In this document: piece by piece, positions 56,895 through 64,000 of the stretch | Layout: each line of letters starts with the position of its first letter | How positions within the stretch are numbered: the first letter of the stretch is position 1 | NCBI RefSeq assembly: GCF_963664965.2 | Contig: NZ_OY761823.1 | Location: 3,717,031 to 3,781,030 of the forward strand | Length of the DNA: 64,000 nucleotides | Direction of reading: 5' to 3' | Source: an uncultured Pseudodesulfovibrio sp. | GTDB lineage: Bacteria; Desulfobacterota; Desulfovibrionia; Desulfovibrionales; Desulfovibrionaceae | Made by a program: the position numbers and the translations under genes | The notes under the pieces: generated by a model | Told to the model about the DNA's origin: nothing | Database searches by the model: none | What the model saw: only the letters and a program-made list of their open reading frames with translations

Positions 56895-57818
56895 ATGGAT
56901 ATCGATTGGCTTATGAACGAATGCAATGATCCGTACACTCTGGAACGGCTGTTCTATGTAGAGCGGTACGCATGGCTGTCGCTTTCACCCGACATGTGCG
57001 CGGTCATTTCCATCGACGGTCAGTTCGAAGATGTGAATACCCATTGGGAACGCGCCACCGGCATCAGCCGCGAAGAATTGCAGGGACGATACCTTATCGA
57101 GCACATCCATTTCGATGACCGTGAGCGCGTTTTTGCCGACATGCAAAAACTCATAACCTCGGATATCGGGTCAACGACCTTCTCGTTCCGTTTTCTGTGC
57201 AAAAACGAGAAGCATACCCGCCTCAACTGGAACACGATCTTTTCCCCGGACCACAATGCCTATTTCTGCACCGTGCATGATCCGACACAGGAAAAGGCCG
57301 CAGACCAGCGAGCCTATCGGGACATGCTCACAGGCCTGAGCAACAGACTGGCTCTGGAAGAAACCCTGCCCGACGTATTGGCGGAAGCGGAAGAAGCCCA
57401 GTCGCAGGTGGCGGTGCTGTTCATCGACCTCGATGGCTTCAAGGAAGTCAATGACACCCTTGGCCACAAGGCCGGAGACACGCTGCTTGTCCGCACGGCC
57501 CGACGCATGAAATTCGTTGTCGGCCAACAGGGAAAGGCCTACCGGCTCGGCGGCGACGAATTCATCGCAGTCCTGCCCAAGGCCCCGGACCGGGGATTCA
57601 TTTCAGGAATAGCCGGACAGCTGGTGGAAAAACTGCGAACTCCGTACGACATAGACGGTCATATGGTGAACACGGGCGCATCTCTCGGCATCGCGCTCTT
57701 CCCGACTGACGCGGACACTCCCGGCGGCCTGCTCGAAGCCGCGGACAAGGCCATGTATGACGTCAAACGCGGCGGCAAGAACAACTTCGCATTTCACCGG
57801 GTGAAAGCGAAAGCCTGA
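56895..57818 (+). CDS. PAS-domain diguanylate cyclase (GGDEF)
   Basis: Intact RLGGDEF active-site motif. DLDGFKEVND and an I-site-like RTARR lie upstream, and the N-terminal segment is PAS-like. Confidence 0.8.
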   Translation: MDIDWLMNECNDPYTLERLFYVERYAWLSLSPDMCAVISIDGQFEDVNTHWERATGISREELQGRYLIEHIHFDDRERVFADMQKLITSDIGSTTFSFRFLCKNEKHTRLNWNTIFSPDHNAYFCTVHDPTQEKAADQRAYRDMLTGLSNRLALEETLPDVLAEAEEAQSQVAVLFIDLDGFKEVNDTLGHKAGDTLLVRTARRMKFVVGQQGKAYRLGGDEFIAVLPKAPDRGFISGIAGQLVEKLRTPYDIDGHMVNTGASLGIALFPTDADTPGGLLEAADKAMYDVKRGGKNNFAFHRVKAKA

Positions 57819-57841
57819 CCTGCCCCCGAGAACAACCACGT

Positions 57842-58075
57842 TCAGCCGTTCGTCTTGGTTCCCTTGTAGGTAAACGCCTTCTTATCCATGGTATAATAGG
57901 AACCTCGGTCAATGCCCACGGCCCTGCCGCAGGCGCAGAAGACCTTGCCGTCCTTCTCGACCATGTTCCAGACCTTCTTGATTCGGTCCTTGTGGCAGCG
58001 ATGCACTTCGCCCTGCCCGATCTTGTAATATTTCCAGAGTTTCCGGCGGCAGTCCGCGCATTTGAGTGTGAGCAT
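57842..58075 (-). CDS. Small Cys-rich (zinc-ribbon-like) protein
   Basis: 77 aa with CADC ... HRCH ... CAC spacing. Confidence 0.45.
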   Translation of the reverse strand: MLTLKCADCRRKLWKYYKIGQGEVHRCHKDRIKKVWNMVEKDGKVFCACGRAVGIDRGSYYTMDKKAFTYKGTKTNG

Positions 58076-58204
58076 GAAAAGAGCCTACCCCAAACAGGGA
58101 GCAGGCTCAAATGGGAGGATCCGGTCAATGGCCGAAGCAACAACCCGCAAACTGCAATTCAAGCCTGAACAGGCTTTATGCAGGCCGTTCCCCGGCAACC
58201 GAAA

Positions 58205-58537
58205 TCAGTGGACGATCGTTTTGGAGAAATAGTTGATTATGCATACGCCGGACAGGATCAGTCCCATACCGATTGTTGCTGGCAAATCAGGCACCTGATG
58301 ATACAGAATCATGCTTGTGACGGTCACAAGAACAATGCCCAGTCCGCACCAGATGGCATAAGCCACGCCAACAGGCATCGTTTTCAGAACAATGGAGAAA
58401 AAATAGAATGTCGCGGCATATCCCAGCACGACGATCAGGCTGGGAAGCAGTTTCGTGAATCCGTCAGACGCTTTCAGCGCGCTCGTCGCCACCACCTCGA
58501 ATACGATTGCCAGAGTAAGATACATGTATGCGGTCAT
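58205..58537 (-). CDS. SMR-family (EmrE/Qac-type) multidrug efflux protein
   Basis: 110 aa with 4 TM helices. MTAYMYLTLAIVFEVVATSALKASDGFT contains the conserved membrane Glu. The start was set at the internal Met of the track ORF. Confidence 0.8.
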   Translation of the reverse strand: MTAYMYLTLAIVFEVVATSALKASDGFTKLLPSLIVVLGYAATFYFFSIVLKTMPVGVAYAIWCGLGIVLVTVTSMILYHQVPDLPATIGMGLILSGVCIINYFSKTIVH

Positions 58538-58994
58538 GTTCTTGCCTTTATTTTGTCTCCCGCGATCCGTTATGCGGGCAACGCAGTTAAACCACGATTT
58601 CGAAACCATGCCGCTCCATTGGGAAGCTTTTGAAGCAGATTCAATTCGACTGGCTGAAATCAATTTACCAATAAATATAAACGGTTATAAGCAAATCAGA
58701 TACACAGCCGCAAGAAAATGTCTGACAAAAACAAATTAAGCAAACGAATCTTTCTTATCCGAAGCATAAGACAATCTGATGTCACAAATTCAAGAACCAT
58801 CCACTTCGAACTATCAAGAAATGAAGGGGTGATCGGGGAAGGTGAATTGCTCCACAGCACAGGCGAAGAGTCCCGTTCCGAACAGAAGCCGAAACGCGGT
58901 ATGCATGCTCTCGCAAAGGGCTTGGCCGTCCTGATGAAGTGGTGGCACACCGAACAGAATAAGCAGCCTGAAGAAGAAAACAGGATTAGGCTCT

Positions 58995-59018
58995 TACAAA
59001 AGGGGAGAAGGCCCCCTT
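58995..59018 (-). terminator. Possible terminator of otsA
   Basis: AAGGGG / CCCCTT 6-bp stem with a 7-nt loop. TTTTG follows on the minus strand, 26 nt after the stop. Confidence 0.3.
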
Positions 59019-59043
59019 ATATTCAACCCCTCTTCATATATTT

Positions 59044-60516
59044 CTATCCCGGTTCATATTCCAGCGATTCCACCTCGGGGAAGTCGTCCAGACTCTTGGC
59101 GATTCCCGCCTGAAGAAATGAATCGACCCACCAATAGATGTTGTTTTTCCGCACCTGATCGCGCAGGCCGACCATGTGTTCGCGACGCTCTGCCTTGTCC
59201 CAGTGAAGCGCCCTATTCATGGCCTTGGCAATGCCTTCCATGTCGTACGGATTGACGAGATAGGCATCTTTCTGCAACTGCGCGGCCGCTCCCGCGAATT
59301 CACTCAAGATGAGCACACCGTCTTCACTCGTGTTGCTCGCGCAGTATTCCTTGGCGACAAGGTTCATGCCGTCACGCAGAGGAGTGACCAGCCCGATGTC
59401 GGCAGCGGCATAGTATGCCACCAGTTCGTCATGGGGAAAGCTCTTGTAATGGTAGTGGACCGGAACCCAACCCGGGAAGGAGAATTCACCGTTGACGCGT
59501 CCCACGAGCTGCTCGATCTCGGTCCGCAATTCCTTGTATTCATCCACTTCCTCACGGCTTGGAACGGCAATCTGGACAAAATTCACACGACCGGCCAGTT
59601 CGGGATACCGGCTCAGCAATGTGTGAAACGAACGAATGCGCTCAGGAATTCCCTTGGTGTAGTCGAGCCGGTCCACACCGAGAATGATCTTCCTGTGCCG
59701 AAGCGCCTCTCGTATGCGGAAGGCCTTCTGCGCCACTTCAGGATTCTCAGCCATCGAATTGAACTGATTGAAGTCGATGGAGATAGGAAATGCTCCAAGG
59801 CGGAATTTCCGGGAACCAATTTTCACACTAATGACCGCACCGCGCCCTTCGAACCGGACTTCGGGAACAAGACGGCGCAAACATTCGGCAAAGTTCTTTC
59901 TATCCTGCAACGTCTGAAAACCGACGAGATCGAATTCGGTAAGGGCCTGAATCAGCTTCCACCGCCACGGAAGTTTCATGAAAATGTCCGGCGGCGGAAA
60001 CGGGATATGCAGGAAAAAGCCGGTCGACCGCTTCACACCCATGCTTTTCAGGAAAAAGGCCTGGTGCATGAGATGATAATCGTGAATCCAGACATAATCG
60101 TCCGGTGACGTCTTACGCGCCACGACTTCCGCGAACTTGAAATTCACTTCCAGATACATGCGCCAGTATTCCGGCGCAAAACGGCAACGGGTCTGGAGAT
60201 CATGAAAAAGAGGCCAGATGATCTCATTGGAAAAACCGAAGTAATAGCCGTCCACTTCTTCCCGCGTCAGGGGAACGGTAAACAGGTCATAGCCCGCTTC
60301 GGAGGAGAAATTGGAAAGCAGCCCGTCAACATCCAGCGTGGGGTCGGACGCCCCGGACCAGCCGATCCAGACACCGCCGCGATTTTTGAGCACCGGGGCC
60401 AGGGCCGTGACCAGACCGCCTGCTCCCGCTTTGACCTTCCAGCAGTCACCCTCCTTCTTGAGAGCTGCCGGGAGTCGATTCGACACCACCACCAATCGCC
60501 GCAGGCCGGGTTCCAT
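59044..60516 (-). CDS. otsA: Alpha,alpha-trehalose-phosphate synthase (GT20)
   Basis: VVVSNRLP...GGLVTAL...[19 protein letters not shown], and [16 protein letters not shown]...[11 protein letters not shown]. Confidence 0.85.
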   Translation of the reverse strand: MEPGLRRLVVVSNRLPAALKKEGDCWKVKAGAGGLVTALAPVLKNRGGVWIGWSGASDPTLDVDGLLSNFSSEAGYDLFTVPLTREEVDGYYFGFSNEIIWPLFHDLQTRCRFAPEYWRMYLEVNFKFAEVVARKTSPDDYVWIHDYHLMHQAFFLKSMGVKRSTGFFLHIPFPPPDIFMKLPWRWKLIQALTEFDLVGFQTLQDRKNFAECLRRLVPEVRFEGRGAVISVKIGSRKFRLGAFPISIDFNQFNSMAENPEVAQKAFRIREALRHRKIILGVDRLDYTKGIPERIRSFHTLLSRYPELAGRVNFVQIAVPSREEVDEYKELRTEIEQLVGRVNGEFSFPGWVPVHYHYKSFPHDELVAYYAAADIGLVTPLRDGMNLVAKEYCASNTSEDGVLILSEFAGAAAQLQKDAYLVNPYDMEGIAKAMNRALHWDKAERREHMVGLRDQVRKNNIYWWVDSFLQAGIAKSLDDFPEVESLEYEPG

Positions 60517-60726
60517 TACTTCTTCTCCTTCATGAAAGAAATAGGATTTTTTACATTAATAGCTTGTTACCGGGGTTCACACACAATTTCAAGGGGGAGC
60601 ATGAAACGACTTCGCAAAAATAATGCGCTCAAACTGTTGACAACAAACACAGGGTTCTTATCTCTGTCCGCAGTCAATATCGACACGCACCCCAAAACGG
60701 GGACATCATTTCATAAGGAGTTTAAA

Positions 60727-60987
60727 ATGGGTTTGAAACCGCTGAATGACCGTGTGATCGTCAAGAGAAAGGCTGAAGAAGAAAAGACTGCCGGGGGCAT
60801 CTACATCCCGGATTCCGCCAAGGAAAAGCCGCAGGGCGGCGAGATTCTGGCTGCCGGTCCCGAATGCAAGACCGTCAAGGCTGGAGACGCCGTACTGTTC
60901 GCCAAATATGCAGGCAGCGAATTTTCCATGGATGGTGAGGAACTCGTCATCATGCGTGAAGACGACATCCTCGGCGTATTTGCTTAA
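60727..60987 (+). CDS. groES: Co-chaperonin GroES (short, 86 aa)
   Basis: [44 protein letters not shown]...[43 protein letters not shown]. Confidence 0.9.
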   Translation: MGLKPLNDRVIVKRKAEEEKTAGGIYIPDSAKEKPQGGEILAAGPECKTVKAGDAVLFAKYAGSEFSMDGEELVIMREDDILGVFA

Positions 60988-61015
60988 TTTTTCAAACTGA
61001 ACTTCATAGGACTGA

Positions 61016-62611
<1,596 letters not shown>

Positions 62612-62637
62612 CTCCACCGCTCCAAAGCGAACCATCA

Positions 62638-62669
62638 GGGCCGGACGATCATTCGTCCGGCCCTTTTTT
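62638..62669 (+). terminator. Rho-independent terminator of groESL
   Basis: GGGCCGGACGA-TCAT-TCGTCCGGCCC (11-bp stem) followed by TTTTTT. Confidence 0.85.
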
Positions 62670-62742
62670 GATACATTGGAATCCAACTATAACACTATGG
62701 TCCCCACCTTTCGTCCGTGTTACCTTTAGAGACAAAGACAGG

Positions 62743-64000
62743 ATGAAAGACATGTTCACGCTTCTTACACCACTAATCTACTGGCTCCTCACCGCTGTTT
62801 GGGCAGCGGTGCTGTGCTTTTGCATCAAGCGCCTGTCCAGCAGGAAAATCCAAAGTGCCTTCTTTGTCACCGTCCTGTTGATCCTCACTATCGATGCAGG
62901 TCGCACGCTGTTCGAAAGCGTGTACTTCGGTATATGGAGAACGGCGCAGATAGGGGCGCTGCCGACATGGTTCAGAGACCTGCTCGGCCGCCCGGAAATG
63001 GTTTTCATTCCCAAGGCTGTCAACCTGCTTACCGGAGCATGGGTCGTTTACATGCTCATAAACAAACTCCCCGTTGAAACGGGTGAACAGCTCAAGGCAG
63101 AAGACCACCTCAGGGAATTGGAAATAAAAACCGAGCAACAGCGCCAAACCGAAAAAGCGCTCCGGGCTTCAGAGGAACAGTTTCGCAACATCGTGGACTC
63201 CTCGCCCATGGGCATCCACCTATACACGCTCAAGCCCAACCAGGACCTCATATTCACCGGCTCAAACCCGGCGGCAGACATCATTCTCGGCATTGACCAC
63301 ACCCCCCTTATCGGCAAAACCATAGAAGAGGCCTTCCCGGCCCTTGAATTCACAGGAATCCCTGATCACTACAGGGAAGCCTGCACTTCCGGAAGAGCTT
63401 GGCAGACCGAAGACATCCGATACCGCAACGGCGAAATCAACGGGGCGTATCAGGTCAATGCGTTCCGCATACAACCGGGACAACTCGCGGTCCAATTCAT
63501 AGACATCACCAACCTCAAACGTTCGGAAGAAGCGCTGACGCTGACAAAATTCACTGTGGATAATGCCGCAGTCAGCATCTTCTGGGTCAAGCCGGACGGA
63601 TCGTTCACCTATGTAAACAACGCGGCATGCGAGCTGTTCGGCTACAGCCGTGACGAGATGCTCTCCATGCAGGTTCCCGACCTTACGCCGGATGCCGCCA
63701 TCCGCACGATGGTATGGGAAAAACTCACTTCCATCCATCACATGACCTTTGAAATCACAGGCCGCAAAAAGGACGGCACCATATTCCCTCTGGAGGTAAC
63801 CAGCCATTACATCAAATTCGACGAGAAGGAATTCGAATTCGCGTTCATCGTGGATAGGACCAAACGCAGGGAATCCGAAAAGGCCATCGCATCCCTGAAC
63901 AAGAATCTTGAGAACCTGATCATCGAACGAACTCAGGCGCTTGAGCACAAAGCGGCGCAGCTTGAAGAGGCCAACGCCCGACTGACGGAAGTGGACAGAC
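62743..64000 (+). CDS. Membrane-anchored multi-PAS sensor (probable histidine kinase), 5' part; runs off the window end
   Basis: Not in the track because it is open at the window edge. The frame from ATG 62743/62752 reads MFTLLTPLIYWLLTAVWAAVLCF..., with 3 TM helices and a coiled coil. Two PAS-like units follow (EEQFRNIVDSSPMGIHLY...; FTVDNAAVSIFWVKPDGSFTYVNNAACELFGYSRDEML...), then a coiled coil leading toward a kinase domain. Confidence 0.7.
   Translation, partial: MKDMFTLLTPLIYWLLTAVWAAVLCFCIKRLSSRKIQSAFFVTVLLILTIDAGRTLFESVYFGIWRTAQIGALPTWFRDLLGRPEMVFIPKAVNLLTGAWVVYMLINKLPVETGEQLKAEDHLRELEIKTEQQRQTEKALRASEEQFRNIVDSSPMGIHLYTLKPNQDLIFTGSNPAADIILGIDHTPLIGKTIEEAFPALEFTGIPDHYREACTSGRAWQTEDIRYRNGEINGAYQVNAFRIQPGQLAVQFIDITNLKRSEEALTLTKFTVDNAAVSIFWVKPDGSFTYVNNAACELFGYSRDEMLSMQVPDLTPDAAIRTMVWEKLTSIHHMTFEITGRKKDGTIFPLEVTSHYIKFDEKEFEFAFIVDRTKRRESEKAIASLNKNLENLIIERTQALEHKAAQLEEANARLTEVDR

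Noticed and set aside
58538-58600. Possible guanidine riboswitch upstream of the SMR pump: on the minus strand, hairpin CCCGC-AUAACGGAU-CGCGGG with an ACGG in the loop, followed by GGGAGA
   Set aside because: - Guanidine-II needs two ACGR-tetraloop hairpins. Only one ACGR is present, and its loop is not a tetraloop.
- The conserved guanidine-I elements (GGUCCGAGAG etc.) are absent.
- The pump is EmrE/Qac-like rather than Gdx/SugE-like.
- An Rfam/Infernal scan would settle it.
60636-60665. Sigma70-like TTGACA-N16/17-TATCTC upstream of groES, and a search for CIRCE or sigma32 elements
   Set aside because: The -10 is poor. No TTAGCACTC-N9-GAGTGCTAA (CIRCE) or CTTGAA/CCCCAT (sigma32) match was seen, so no promoter call is made.

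Overview
64-kb chromosomal window, mostly about 55-60% GC with several AT-rich accessory patches. The gene content looks like a Desulfovibrio-like anaerobe, but that is inference only. No rRNA genes or CRISPR arrays were seen.

Layout:
- 1-10.0 kb: one minus-strand type II secretion (Gsp) operon. Order is truncated gspO-like gene, secreted alpha/beta hydrolase, gspI-J-K-L-M, ExeA/GspB-like fusion, gspG, gspH-like, TPR lipoprotein, gspC-like, and the start of gspD.
- 10.4-16.8 kb: two tandem integrase-less islands. They are delimited by three direct copies of the 3' half of tRNA-Ala(GGC). Cargo is a CmoB-like methyltransferase and a decayed IS1595-family element in one island, and LysR plus a D-amino-acid PLP enzyme plus an ornithine-cyclodeaminase-family gene in the other.
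- 17-19.2 kb: SH3b protein, M48 peptidase and a ferredoxin-nitroreductase.
- 19.7-35.2 kb: a single 15,450-nt gene for a 5,149-aa RTX/cadherin-repeat adhesin. It has a LapA-like N-terminus with a TAAG site and 25 near-identical 303-bp tandem units.
- 35.8-48.4 kb: redox, transport and housekeeping genes. These include an apparent missed selenoprotein (in-frame TGA at a U-P-Y-C motif joining two track ORFs), a second RTX/FG-GAP protein, and a TetR plus TRAP transporter operon.
- 48.5-51.0 kb: an AT-rich mini-Rhs toxin with a candidate immunity gene, next to a roughly 660-bp nested imperfect palindrome that ends in a heptanucleotide repeat.
- 51-64 kb: rluD-like gene, ydbH-ynbE-ydbL, BON and NlpC/P60 lipoproteins, PAS-GGDEF, SMR pump, otsA, an atypical groES-groEL pair and a partial PAS sensor kinase.

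All functional calls rest on motifs read by eye from the translations. No database search was run.
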